Assembly: GCA_963696295.1 (NCBI GenBank)
Contig: CAVOJR010000001.1
Coordinates: 1,536,001-1,600,000, forward strand
Direction of reading: 5' to 3'
DNA length: 64,000 nucleotides
Source of the DNA: an uncultured Chlamydiae bacterium
GTDB lineage: Bacteria > Chlamydiota > Chlamydiia > Chlamydiales > JAJFMB01
Shown: positions 41,720-51,442 of the stretch, piece by piece
Layout of the letters: each line of letters begins with the position of its first letter
Position numbering within the stretch: position 1 is the stretch's first letter
Program-made: the position numbers and the translations under genes
Notes under the pieces: model-generated
The model's input: only the letters and a program-made list of their open reading frames with translations
Told to the model about the DNA's origin: nothing
Databases searched by the model: none

Positions 41720-43730
41720 AGTTTCAAATAGAAACGGAATACCGCCCCTGCGGCGACCAGCCCAAGGCGATCGCCCAATTGAGCGAGGGGGTTGAAAAGG
41801 GGCTCCGCTCCCAGGTGCTTCTGGGAATCACCGGCTCCGGCAAGACCTTCACCATGGCCAATGTGATTGAGAAGGTGCAGCGCCCAACCCTAGTGATCGC
41901 CCATAACAAAACTCTGGCGGCTCAGCTCTATCAGGAGTTCAAGGCGTTTTTTCCCCGACAATGCCGTCGAGTATTTCGTTTCCTATTACGACTACTATCA
42001 GCCGGAAGCCTATATCGCCAGAACCGACACCTATATCGAAAAAGATATGGCGATCAACGACCGGATCGACAAGATGCGCCTCAGCGCCACCCGCTCTTTG
42101 CTGGAAAGAGACGATGTCCTCATCGTCGCCTCCGTCTCCTGCATCTACGGCTTGGGTTCTCCCGAATATTACCGCGGCTATGAATCTTCATTTGGCCATC
42201 GGCGAGACGAGGCGCCGGGACGATGTGCTGCTCCACCTGGTCGAGATGCAGTATAAACGCAACGACTACGACTTTTCACGGACCACTTTCCGCGTGCGCG
42301 GCGATGTTCTGGAAATTTTCCCGGCATACGAAGAGGACCTCGCTATCCGCGTTGAGTTTTTCGGCGACGAGATCGAAAGGATCAGCGAAATCGACCCCCT
42401 GACCGGGCGGGTGCTCCGCCGCCGTGCCCGACGTCACCATTTATCCCGGCTCCCACCACGTCACTCCCGAAGAGGTGCGCCTCCGCGCCATGGAAACGCA
42501 TCAAAGCCGAGCTGAAAGACCGGACGGCCTATTTTCAGCGGGAAAATAAACTGGTGGAACAGCAGCGCATTCAGCAAAGGACCATGCACGACTTGGAGAT
42601 GATCAAGGAAGTGGGCACGTGCAAGGGGATTGAAAACTACTCGCGGCATTTCAGCTTTCGCGATCCAGGGCAGCCCCCATCCTGCCTCCTCGACTATTTC
42701 CCATCGAACTTTTTACTCTTTGTCGACGAGTCGCATCAGACCGTGCCGCAGCTCAACGCCATGTACAATGGGGACCGCGCGCGGAAAGCACTCCCTGGTC
42801 GACTTTGGATTCCGCCTCCCTTCCGCCTATGACAACCGCCCGTTAAAGTTTGAGGAGATGTATGAGCGGATCAACCAGGTGGTTTATGTTTCCGCGACCC
42901 CGTCTGACTGGGAGATGAACGAGGCGAAAGGGGATGTGGTGCAGCAGGTGATCCGCCCTACAGGGCTGCTCGACCCGCAGATAGAAGTGAGGAAAGCCTC
43001 CGGGCAAGTCGACGATTGCCTCGGCGAGATCCGGATGCACACCAAAAAAGGGGGGCGCGTGCTGGTCACAACCCTTACCAAGCGCTTGTCCGAGGAACTC
43101 AGCAAATACCTGCTCGAGCTCGACGTGAAGGCCAAGTATCTCCATTCCGACATCGATACGATCGAGCGGATGCAGATCATCAACGACCTGCGCGCAGGCA
43201 TATTCGACGTTCTGGTGGGCATCAACCTCTTAAGAGAGGGGCTGGACATCCCTGAAGTCTCGCTCGTCGTCATCCTCGATGCCGACAAGGAGGGTTTTTT
43301 GCGCAGCGAAACCTCTCTCGTTCAGACTTGCGGCCGGGCCGCGCGCAATGTGGAAGGGCGCGTGATCATGTACGCCGACAAGATGACCGACGCGATCAGA
43401 CACACTCTCCGCATCACAGAGGAGCGGCGTAAAAGGCAGCAGGCGTATAACGAAGAGCACGGCATCACACCAAGGACAGTCAGGCGGGAGATCTCCCTTC
43501 TCGTGGAGCCGGAAACGGAAGAAGTCATTGAAGAGATTCGCAAAGAAGAGCCCGAATTATTTGTGGCCGAGGAGGAGCATCCCTATCTCACTCTCGACGA
43601 GGTGCGCAAAAAAATCGCCGAGCATGAGAAAGAGATGAAGCTCGCCGCGAAAGAGATGCGTTTTGAAGACGCCGCCAAAGCGCGCGACCTGATGCGCTAC
43701 TACCAGAAAATCGAAGTAACTCTTTGTTAG
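41716..43730 (+). CDS. uvrB: Excinuclease ABC subunit B, interrupted by five +1 frameshifts (probably sequence errors)
   Basis: [37 protein letters not shown] and QTCGRAARN lie in successive frames; removing 5 nt gives 670 codons. Confidence 0.92.
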
Positions 43731-44446
43731 AGATGGAAGACGCGCGCAGGGAACACGTTCCCCCAGATCCTGCGGACTTTGTATTTTTTTTGCTTAAGCA
43801 ACTCTTCTTTGACTCTTAAAACTTTTATGAGATTATCATAAGCGGGCCTGTCAAAGAAATACAGCAGGCGGCTTTTCAGGTAGCCAAACCCGATATACTC
43901 GTAATAGGAGAGCCTGCCCGTATCTTTTAACAACACATTGATTTTGTCGTATATTTTTTCGACAATCTCGTGAGAAAAATTAGTCAGCGGAAGGCTGGAA
44001 AAGATGTGATCATACTTATGCTCGGATTTAAACTCTTGAGCGTAGACCGTGTAGATTTTGGCCTGATGAGACTTTCCCGATTGCTCGATCAGTTTTTGGA
44101 CGATATAAGCCAGCTCCTGATCGCATTCGATAATATCGAAAAAGTCATTGGGCCCTAATTTTTCCAAAATTTCTTCAGTCACAGCGCCCGACCCCGCTCC
44201 CAACTCTAAGTAGCGGCGGCCCTTGCCAGGATCGAACGCCCCCATTTCAGACACCATTTGTTTGCATAGCCAGTGGGAGCTGGGAAACAGTGAGCCCGTT
44301 TCTTTTTGCCGTCTAAAAAATTTACCCAGGAAAAAGGTGATTCTCGCCAACGCGCTCCAGACCGAGTTCCATTCTTTAGCCAGATACTGGGTGACGATGA
44401 AATCTAAAAAGTTGCTCATATTCAGCTCAACTGCAAATGAGGTCAA
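43727..44446 (-). CDS. Class I SAM-dependent methyltransferase, PmtA-like phospholipid N-methyltransferase
   Basis: [30 protein letters not shown], terminal NVFPARV; start codon uncertain. Confidence 0.7.
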   Translation of the reverse strand: MTSFAVELNMSNFLDFIVTQYLAKEWNSVWSALARITFFLGKFFRRQKETGSLFPSSHWLCKQMVSEMGAFDPGKGRRYLELGAGSGAVTEEILEKLGPNDFFDIIECDQELAYIVQKLIEQSGKSHQAKIYTVYAQEFKSEHKYDHIFSSLPLTNFSHEIVEKIYDKINVLLKDTGRLSYYEYIGFGYLKSRLLYFFDRPAYDNLIKVLRVKEELLKQKKYKVRRIWGNVFPARVFHL

Positions 44447-44513
44447 TCATACATCCCCCCCGATTTTTGTACAGGGAAAATATATTTAGAAGGTGTAACG
44501 ACTCGCCCCCCTG

Positions 44514-44851
44514 TTACCAATTAGATATTATTTTTTTAAGTTCTTTGGAAAGAAGTGGTAAAGTAATTTGAGTTGTTTTCCAAATAATATCTGGATCAAC
44601 ATCAAAATAAGCATGTATCAGGCGATTCCTCATCCCAATAGCTTGCTTCCAAGGAAACTCAGGGAAGCGATTTTGAGTTTCTTTAGAAATGTTGTTAGCT
44701 GCCTCGCCTATTATTTCCAGTTCTCGCACGATACCAGAAAGAAGTAATCTATCGTATCCAGACTGCTGCGATTTTCGCCCTTAACAAATGAAAGAATCGC
44801 ATTGACCGAATCGAGCATGTGATGAAGCCTTGTCAGATCCTCATTTTCCAT
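44514..44851 (-). pseudogene. HEPN/DUF86 (HepT-like) RNase toxin with a 1-nt frameshift near 44755
   Basis: MENEDLTRLHHMLDSV..., then in another frame DRLLLSGIVRELEIIGEAA..PWKQAIGMRNRLIHAYFDVD (Rx4H); span is 338 nt. Confidence 0.85.
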
Positions 44852-45143
44852 ATATAAATTTAGCCTTTTTTAAGACATCATTGCGGAAATAGGGGCTGAG
44901 ATCTTTAGCGGTTTTGAGGTCAACAGGCCTGCCCACTATAGTGCTCAGTTCAGACTCCATATCAACGATATCAAAAAGGCTGGGGATATGCTCAACTTCA
45001 AACTTAACAAGAATGTCAACATCACTTGAGGGATTGAACTGGGATGTTAAAATGGAACCAAAAAGCGCCAAAGATTCTATATGATTTTTTTTACAGAAAA
45101 CGCCGATTTTATTTTTGTCTATAGGAATAGTAGGGTTATCCAC
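44841..45143 (-). CDS. Minimal nucleotidyltransferase (MNT) antitoxin
   Basis: LALFGSILTSQFNPSSDVDILV, GRPVDL; overlaps the HEPN gene start. Confidence 0.9.
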   Translation of the reverse strand: MDNPTIPIDKNKIGVFCKKNHIESLALFGSILTSQFNPSSDVDILVKFEVEHIPSLFDIVDMESELSTIVGRPVDLKTAKDLSPYFRNDVLKKAKFIYGK

Positions 45144-45457
45144 CTTTGGGCTCCTTAAGTAATCTCAATACCAGTTTAACCTATTAAGCATAATGCCTAA
45201 AAGCAAAAAAAGAGGGTGGATGGCCGTCTGCATAATACGAAAATGAGATTATTCAGACGGAGATGTGTTTTTGGGGGAAGAGCACCTTATAGGAATAGTA
45301 GGGTTATCCACCTTTGGGCTCCTTAAGTAATCTCAATACCAGTTTAACCTATTAAGCATAATGCCTAAAAGCAAAAAAAGAGGGTGGATGGCCGTCTGCA
45401 TAATACGAAAATGAGATTATTCAGACGGAGATGTGTTTTTGGGGGAAGAGCACCTTA
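45120..45457. repeat. Tandem duplication with 168-bp period covering the TA upstream region and first codons of MNT
   Basis: 45120-45289 matches 45288-45457; each copy holds the inverted repeat ccgtctgcataat-N11-attattcagacgg. Confidence 0.95.
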
Positions 45458-45560
45458 ATCGAGCATGCCGCAAAAGCTTGCACGAGTAGAGATAATTTGG
45501 GAATGTTTAAGATTTTTTGAAGGAGGAGAACCGGCGTCACACCGGCTCCCCTTGGTTGTT

Positions 45561-46316
45561 TTAGTGCAGCTCCCGCTCGGCAAATGCCCGGATCGCCTCG
45601 GCGGCGAAGGAGGGCAGTTGAGGATGGTGGGCTTCATAGGCCTTTCTCAGTTCGCTCTCTACGAGGAACTGGCCGTAGCCGGCATAGGACTCTTTGTTCG
45701 GCGTCCAGAATTTCTTCAGCCACTGATAGTGGCGGCGGATGACGCTTTGCACCTCTTTGGAATCGGCTTTTTTCTCCATCAATTTGACCAGCTCTTTGCA
45801 GATTGCGTCAAACTCTTTACCCGATTTCTCCCAGTCGGCTTTGGTCCAGCTTTTGACGTTTTGATGGCTTTCGGCAATGGAGGCCTCAACTTTTGCGCCA
45901 AAGCGGTTGATGAGCTGTTTCTCATACTCCGCCTGTTTTTCTTTGCTGAAGCCATAATACATTTCTTGCTCTTTCATTTTCTTATTTCCTTTTAAATGTT
46001 CTAAAGTATTGTCAATGGTCTTAATGAGTTTCCGCGTCCGCTCCAGGCTTTTCAGCAAAACTTGCCGATGGGAGCTCAAAGCCACCATCTTGTCGAAATC
46101 GCCCCGGCCAAGAATTTTTTGGATCAGCTTCAGCTCAAAGCCGAGCTCTCTAAAAAAGAGAATCTGCTGCAGGATCAGAAGCTGCTCCTCCTCGTAGTAC
46201 CGGTACCCGTTATCCCCATAATAGGCCGGCTTGAGAAGACCCACCTCGTCGTACCAATGCAGCGTGCGCACGCTGACCCCTGAAATTTTAGCCAGTTTTG
46301 TCACTGTATAAGCCAT
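45561..46316 (-). CDS. MerR-family regulator with TipAS-type C-terminal domain (TipA/Mta-like)
   Basis: LAKISGVSVRTLHWYDEVGLLKP..GYRYY; C-terminal VQSVIRRHYQWL..FAAEAIRAF. Confidence 0.9.
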   Translation of the reverse strand: MAYTVTKLAKISGVSVRTLHWYDEVGLLKPAYYGDNGYRYYEEEQLLILQQILFFRELGFELKLIQKILGRGDFDKMVALSSHRQVLLKSLERTRKLIKTIDNTLEHLKGNKKMKEQEMYYGFSKEKQAEYEKQLINRFGAKVEASIAESHQNVKSWTKADWEKSGKEFDAICKELVKLMEKKADSKEVQSVIRRHYQWLKKFWTPNKESYAGYGQFLVESELRKAYEAHHPQLPSFAAEAIRAFAERELH

Positions 46317-46360
46317 TGACTGTCTCCTTCAATATCCCTTTGATTTTAAAGGATGCCTTC

Positions 46361-46391
46361 ATTGTAGGCAATGACGTTACGTGAGGGTCAA
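46361..46391 (-). promoter_or_regulatory. MerR-type promoter with 19-bp spacer and dyad operator
   Basis: Minus strand TTGACC-ctcacgtaacgtcattgcc-TACAAT; spacer is exactly 19 nt with an ACGT-a-ACGT dyad. Confidence 0.85.
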
Positions 46392-46480
46392 GCAGGAACG
46401 TGAAAATTTATGACAAATTTACGTTATCAACATAAAACATAAAGATTTGCGTGTTATAATTTCTTTAAAAGGAGTCAGAA

Positions 46481-46639
46481 ATGTCAAATTTTTTTGGATT
46501 TATACACGAAATTAATACATACAGGGCATATGATCCTGTGCCTATAAACCCCGCTAGAGCTCTTAATCGGCTTGAAAATAAAGTGGCTAACGTATTTTCG
46601 GCCACAACCAAGCCTGCCGCACCAGAAAAACCTAAGTAG
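46481..46639 (+). CDS. 52-aa small ORF below the track cut-off
   Basis: TGnTATAAT at 46452-46460, AAGGAG RBS, MSNFFGFIHEINTYRAYDPVPINPARALNRLENKVANVFSATTKPAAPEKPK*. Confidence 0.45.
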   Translation: MSNFFGFIHEINTYRAYDPVPINPARALNRLENKVANVFSATTKPAAPEKPK

Positions 46640-46910
46640 GATCCCTGCCGTATAATTTTCTCAGTTCGTTTTTGGCTTTCCTCAGATTTTCTTTTTGAGC
46701 CTCAGACAAATTCTTGCCGGCCCGGTTTTGATAAAAAGTGATCATCGACATCGCTGAGCGGAAAGGGGATGATTTGCGCCTGGTGCTAGCTTCCGCCGAA
46801 CGCTTCAGAGAGAGGGCCATCTCCTTTGGGCTTTTTGTAAACACCCCAGCCTCCAGATCTAAAGCGTTGCTTTTTTCCGTGACTTCCCTGGACCAATATT
46901 TTTTCATCAA
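46632..46910 (-). CDS. DUF3175-like small basic protein
   Basis: WSREVTEKSNALDLEAGVF..SLKRSAEASTRRKSSPFRSAMSMITFYQNRAGKNL. Confidence 0.8.
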   Translation of the reverse strand: MMKKYWSREVTEKSNALDLEAGVFTKSPKEMALSLKRSAEASTRRKSSPFRSAMSMITFYQNRAGKNLSEAQKENLRKAKNELRKLYGRDPT

Positions 46911-46941
46911 ATCTCCTTGAAACCCGGTCCATTAGGGGCGT

Positions 46942-47094
46942 TCATTTCAGCCGTTTAAAATACTGGACTTCCCTCTCATGCTTTTCCGCTGCTTCGCGGG
47001 TGTCGAAAGTGCCTAAGTTTCTGCGCTTTCCGGTAGCAGGATTTATAGCTCTGGAATAAAGCCGGAATTGTCCTGTTTTGAGTCTGCGAATCAT
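46942..47094 (-). CDS. 50-aa small basic protein, not in the ORF track
   Basis: MIRRLKTGQFRLYSRAINPATGKRRNLGTFDTREAAEKHEREVQYFKRLK*; GGGGG RBS; co-oriented upstream of DUF3175. Confidence 0.75.
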   Translation of the reverse strand: MIRRLKTGQFRLYSRAINPATGKRRNLGTFDTREAAEKHEREVQYFKRLK

Positions 47095-47145
47095 AGAATA
47101 CCCCCTTTTTCGATTATTCTATCATAAACGATAATTAAGGGTTTT

Positions 47146-47382
47146 TTAAGAAAACAAGTTATTTTTATTATACGAATGGCATTGAGGGCATTTAGTCACA
47201 CCTTTTAAAGGCTCTTCTAAGTACATAAAATGGCAATACTCGCAGACAAAGAGCTTCTGCTCATCGGGTCTGATGATCTTGTTGCGCCCCTTCAAGTGGT
47301 GGTATACCCAAAACCCCAGTATGAGGGCGACTGTCAAGGCCAGGTAGAGCATCACGGCGCCGTTGGGGGAGAGTTCAATCAT
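47146..47382 (-). CDS. Small membrane-anchored Zn-ribbon protein
   Basis: One TM segment then CEYC..CPQC; overlaps the upstream ORF by 4 nt. Confidence 0.75.
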   Translation of the reverse strand: MIELSPNGAVMLYLALTVALILGFWVYHHLKGRNKIIRPDEQKLFVCEYCHFMYLEEPLKGVTKCPQCHSYNKNNLFS

Positions 47383-48041
47383 GAGCGGGCTCCTATCTCT
47401 ATATAGCCTGTTGTGAAGGGGGCGTCCCCCGCGGTGATAAAGCAGAGGGCGTCTAGCAGGGCTTCCACCGGGGGATTGGGCGCTTTGCTTTCCGGCTGAT
47501 ACCAGAACACCCGGCCCGTCCGGTTGTCGACGCGCACGGCGTATTTTTCATGGAAGTTTCCCTCGAGTTCCGGCAGCTCACTTTGGATCATGAGCGCCCT
47601 TGCCAGGGGACCTGAGACGGCGATGCTCAATGCGCGCGGCGTATCCTTGCAATCCAAATCAGGGGTCGGGACGTGGTGGAAGGGATAGGGGGGCTCCTGA
47701 AATTCCACGAGCTGCAGGCCTGCCAGGGTGGGCAGGGCGCAGGGGAGTTCGGGCAGAAGAGGGGTTGGCCGGGGAGGTTCAAAGGGGTAGCGAGAGGGCG
47801 TTTCTGATTTGAGGTCGGCCAGGACATCCGCTCCTACCGGAATTTCCGCGTTGACGGCTATGGGGGAGAGGATAATCTCTTTGCCCCCCGTAACGATGGG
47901 GGTGACGTGGATGAGCAGAAAGGCCGCCAGGTGGAGCAGCAAAGCGATCGAAAAAGCCATAATCAGCGAGCGGTTCCAGAGCTTTTCCCGCCCTTGCAGG
48001 GTGATATAAATGTTTTGTTTGCGCTTTTCCAGCTTCAACAT
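47379..48041 (-). CDS. Single-TM proline-rich protein, TonB/TolA-like candidate
   Basis: TM AFSIALLLHLAAFLL, Pro-rich segment; directly downstream of exbD. Confidence 0.55.
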   Translation of the reverse strand: MLKLEKRKQNIYITLQGREKLWNRSLIMAFSIALLLHLAAFLLIHVTPIVTGGKEIILSPIAVNAEIPVGADVLADLKSETPSRYPFEPPRPTPLLPELPCALPTLAGLQLVEFQEPPYPFHHVPTPDLDCKDTPRALSIAVSGPLARALMIQSELPELEGNFHEKYAVRVDNRTGRVFWYQPESKAPNPPVEALLDALCFITAGDAPFTTGYIEIGARS

Positions 48042-48466
48042 GCCGTTTCATCCAAATAAGAGAGGCGTAAAGTAGAGCCGCACTCTTGCACAATGGCAAA
48101 TAGCTTCAAAAAGGCGTTGTACTCGACGCTTTTATCGACGCTGATCACAATGGTGGGTTCGTGGTCGGGATGCAGTTTTTTGTGCAGCTCTATCTCGCGG
48201 TTCAGATGCTCTTTGAGAGAAGCGAGGTCGACAATGGCTTTTTTGGAGCCCACGTAGATCACATTTTGCGCGTCCATGACGACAATCATCTGCGAAGTCA
48301 GGGGGGTTGAGGATTTGGCGAGGGAGGGATTTTTCACATTCAGCGACTTTAAGGGAAGTATGTCCGAGGTGATGATAAAAAAGATCAGCATCAGGAAAAT
48401 CACATCGACAAGGGGGGTCAAATCGATCAGGCTGCTGGAATACTTTAGATTGGTTTTAAATTTCAT
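48035..48466 (-). CDS. exbD: ExbD/TolR family protein
   Basis: IDLTPLVDVIFLMLIFFIIT; ISVDKSVEY. Confidence 0.9.
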   Translation of the reverse strand: MKFKTNLKYSSSLIDLTPLVDVIFLMLIFFIITSDILPLKSLNVKNPSLAKSSTPLTSQMIVVMDAQNVIYVGSKKAIVDLASLKEHLNREIELHKKLHPDHEPTIVISVDKSVEYNAFLKLFAIVQECGSTLRLSYLDETAC

Positions 48467-49082
48467 AAGGGTCCGCAGGGTGGGTCAGCAGATCGACGAT
48501 TTCCGCCGAGGTGGTCTGTATTTCTAATACAAATCCCTCTATGCGGCTGACGATATAGTTATAGGCCAGCACCGAGGGAATGGCCACCACCAGGCCGGCG
48601 GCGGTGGTCACAAGGGCGTATTCCATCGCTTCGCCAATCCGCGTGGCGGAGATGTCGACGAGGCCGCTCGCACGCATTTCCGCAAAGGCCTGAATGAAGC
48701 CGAGCACCGTTCCCAGCAGGCCGATCAATGGGGCGATGTAGGCGATAATAGATAAGATCTTGGTGTTTTTTTCGAGCCGTGCGATCTCGATCAGTCCGGA
48801 AATCTCCATGGCGCTTTCAATTTGTTCTTTGCTGCGGTTATGCTTGGTTAAGCCGGCTTTGATGATGTTGGAAATGGTGCCGGCGTTGCTTTCGCAAAGT
48901 CCGATCGCATCCACCATGTCCCTCTTTTGGATGCTCTTGCGCAGCGAAATGATAAACTGATTCGTATCGATCTCCGCTTTGTGCAAAAACATCAGCCGTT
49001 CGATAAAGATCGTGACGCTGATAAGGGAACAGCCGATGATCACGAGCAAAATAATGTTCCAGTCCAAGTTGTTAATATCCAT
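48456..49082 (-). CDS. exbB: MotA/TolQ/ExbB proton channel protein
   Basis: IAPLIGLLGTVLGFIQAF, ALVTTAAGLVVAIP. Confidence 0.9.
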   Translation of the reverse strand: MDINNLDWNIILLVIIGCSLISVTIFIERLMFLHKAEIDTNQFIISLRKSIQKRDMVDAIGLCESNAGTISNIIKAGLTKHNRSKEQIESAMEISGLIEIARLEKNTKILSIIAYIAPLIGLLGTVLGFIQAFAEMRASGLVDISATRIGEAMEYALVTTAAGLVVAIPSVLAYNYIVSRIEGFVLEIQTTSAEIVDLLTHPADPYEI

Positions 49083-51165
49083 AATCTCTCTCCAGTTTGC
49101 TGATAGCCTTGCCGCCCCATTCCCCCCCTTTTTTAGCCGTGGCTTCCAGCTGTTTGCGGGCTAATTCGAAGCGTCCCTGCTTTTCGTAGATCTCAGATCT
49201 TAAATACATCGCCTTCAAGCGAAGGCCTGAGATCGCATCGTCATTGATGACTTGGGAAAGGGTCAGCATGGCCTGACTTAAGTTATTTAACATCTTATAG
49301 CATTGGCTTTGCTCTATCAAGATCTCCAGACGTTCGTCAGGGCTTAAAGCGAAAGCCGTCTGCTCCGCCCGGATATAATTTTGCAGGGCCGACTCAAAGT
49401 CGGAGCGCCGCGCGGCGATCATCCCTTGCTCGAACCAGGCTTTGGAGTGTTGGGGGGACTCTTTGAGAAGTTGGCCGAGCACTTTTTGGGCCGCCTGATC
49501 TTCTCCTGCCGCGCTTAATGTTTTGGCGAGCCAATAGGCGCACTCCTCCTTTAAGGCCGCCTCAAGAGGGGCTTTACATAAGTTCCGGAAGGTTTCTTCG
49601 GCATATTGGAGGAAGATCTGTTTTTTCGCCCCTTGCGATTCTTCGGCCATTTTCAAATAAAGCGATCCTTTTTCAAACAGGGTTTGATGGAAGAGGGCTT
49701 TTGGTTTCTCCTCTTCGCTTAATCCGGCGTAGGCTTTTTCCAGTTTCTCAAAACAGTCGATGGCTTCGTGGAGGTTCTTTTTTCTGATCCACTTCCCCTC
49801 AGGGGATTTCCGGTCGCGCGTCAAGTCGATGCCGAGCAGGTAAAAGGCGGTCAGGGCGAGGGGATGCGAGGGGTATTGTCCGGTAAAATTTTGCAGGTGT
49901 TTGATGGCCTGGCGCCCCCCTTGCATATAGTCCCGATAGGAATAGAGGTGAAAACTGGCTTCAGGGGCGTATTTTGATTCCGGATATTTTGCCGCGACTT
50001 GGGCCAGCAGCTCTTTGGGATCATGGCCCAGTTTCTCCCGGCAGCGGGCGCTCCAATAGAGAGCCTCTCCCGCGAACGGAGAGCCGGGAGACAGGCTGGC
50101 AAAACAGGCGCCGGCCTCAAGAAAATGGCCGGCTTGATAATGGACAATGCCTTTTAGGTGAAGCGTTTGCTCGTCAGGGGTTCCTTTTTGGAGGGCGGCT
50201 AAAGCGATTTCGGCAAAGAGGGGATTGTTTTCCGATTGCATGAGCTTGGCTGCGACCAGGCCGATCAGATAATAGACCTGCGAGGCTTCTGCATGCGTAT
50301 CTGCCTGGTTTTTAATGGTATAAAGTTCGTTTTCCGATTTTTGTCTGAGGGCGATCAGCGCTTTCCAGGACAATATGTCAAGCGCCTGTTTTTCATCCTC
50401 GCTGCTTGCAAGAGCCTGATCCAAAGCTTGCTGAGACAAAGCAAACTCCTGGCTCTCAAACTCTTTCAGCGCATATAAAATCCACCCTGGAAAGGTGTGG
50501 GGCAGGGAGGGGGAAGCCGCGAGGCGGAACAGTTCGGCGAGTTCGCTTCTCCCTTCCCGTATCAGGGGGGCAAACTGTTGCAGCACGGCAGCCGCTTTTT
50601 GCCCGTTTCCTTGCGCAAGATAGACTTGTGCCAAAGAGAAGAGAGAGGCATCCCCGTTTAAAGATTGCTGGAAGCAGGCGGCGGCTTTTTCAAGATAATT
50701 TTGTTTGAGGGCCGGTTGAAGTATTTTTTGCCTGGAAAGCTTAAAGTAGGACCAGCCTAAATAATACAAAGTCTCATTGTGCCAGGGAGCTTTTGGGGAG
50801 GGTAAAGCCTTTGCAAAGCATTCTGCCGCCAGATCCGGCTTATTTTCTTTAAAATACAAAATCCCGAGCAGATAGAGCCGCTCATAATAGGCCTCCTCAT
50901 AACTCTTGAAAGACGCCTGAGTTAATATTTTCTCCGCCTCTGAAAAGTCACCCTGGTTGAGACAGATCCGCGCCAGATAAAGTTTTGAGAGAGAATCAGT
51001 AAGGGATGAAAAGAGCATTTTGGCCTTTTCGAATTCCCCCTTTTCAAAGGAGGAGAGAGCCAATTCGAAGTTATTATTTTGATAATCAATAGGATAGGCA
51101 ATTGCCATTTGTGTGAAAATTGCACATAACCAAATGAATATAAATAAGATGCGGCTCAATTTCAT
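49072..51165 (-). CDS. Secreted/periplasmic TPR protein
   Basis: Signal peptide; TPR units (ALYWSARCREKLG, YPESKYAPEA, AMYLRSEIYEKQGR). Confidence 0.8.
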   Translation of the reverse strand: MKLSRILFIFIWLCAIFTQMAIAYPIDYQNNNFELALSSFEKGEFEKAKMLFSSLTDSLSKLYLARICLNQGDFSEAEKILTQASFKSYEEAYYERLYLLGILYFKENKPDLAAECFAKALPSPKAPWHNETLYYLGWSYFKLSRQKILQPALKQNYLEKAAACFQQSLNGDASLFSLAQVYLAQGNGQKAAAVLQQFAPLIREGRSELAELFRLAASPSLPHTFPGWILYALKEFESQEFALSQQALDQALASSEDEKQALDILSWKALIALRQKSENELYTIKNQADTHAEASQVYYLIGLVAAKLMQSENNPLFAEIALAALQKGTPDEQTLHLKGIVHYQAGHFLEAGACFASLSPGSPFAGEALYWSARCREKLGHDPKELLAQVAAKYPESKYAPEASFHLYSYRDYMQGGRQAIKHLQNFTGQYPSHPLALTAFYLLGIDLTRDRKSPEGKWIRKKNLHEAIDCFEKLEKAYAGLSEEEKPKALFHQTLFEKGSLYLKMAEESQGAKKQIFLQYAEETFRNLCKAPLEAALKEECAYWLAKTLSAAGEDQAAQKVLGQLLKESPQHSKAWFEQGMIAARRSDFESALQNYIRAEQTAFALSPDERLEILIEQSQCYKMLNNLSQAMLTLSQVINDDAISGLRLKAMYLRSEIYEKQGRFELARKQLEATAKKGGEWGGKAISKLERDYGY

Positions 51166-51442
51166 TACTTTTTTTTGAATTCTCTTTTATTTTATAGAAG
51201 AGTGAAAAAATAAGCAGGCAATATTTCAGGGGAATTATTGGAAGGTGAAAAATAAAAAAATCATTTCATGGCCTATTCTCAAATCGATTTTCGGTCCTAG
51301 GAGAAAAATGAGAATATGAAGATCGTGTCAATATGGGTAAATAAAATTTTACTTTTATGAGGAAATGTGTTGCGCAATATATGGTAAAGTTAATATTGAG
51401 TAGAATTGTCAAGTAACTCTAAAAAGTAGGAGGAGATTACAC

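Noticed and set aside
41716..43730. Genuine uvrB pseudogene or programmed frameshifting
   Set aside because: Five +1 indels with otherwise conserved motifs fit sequencing error better
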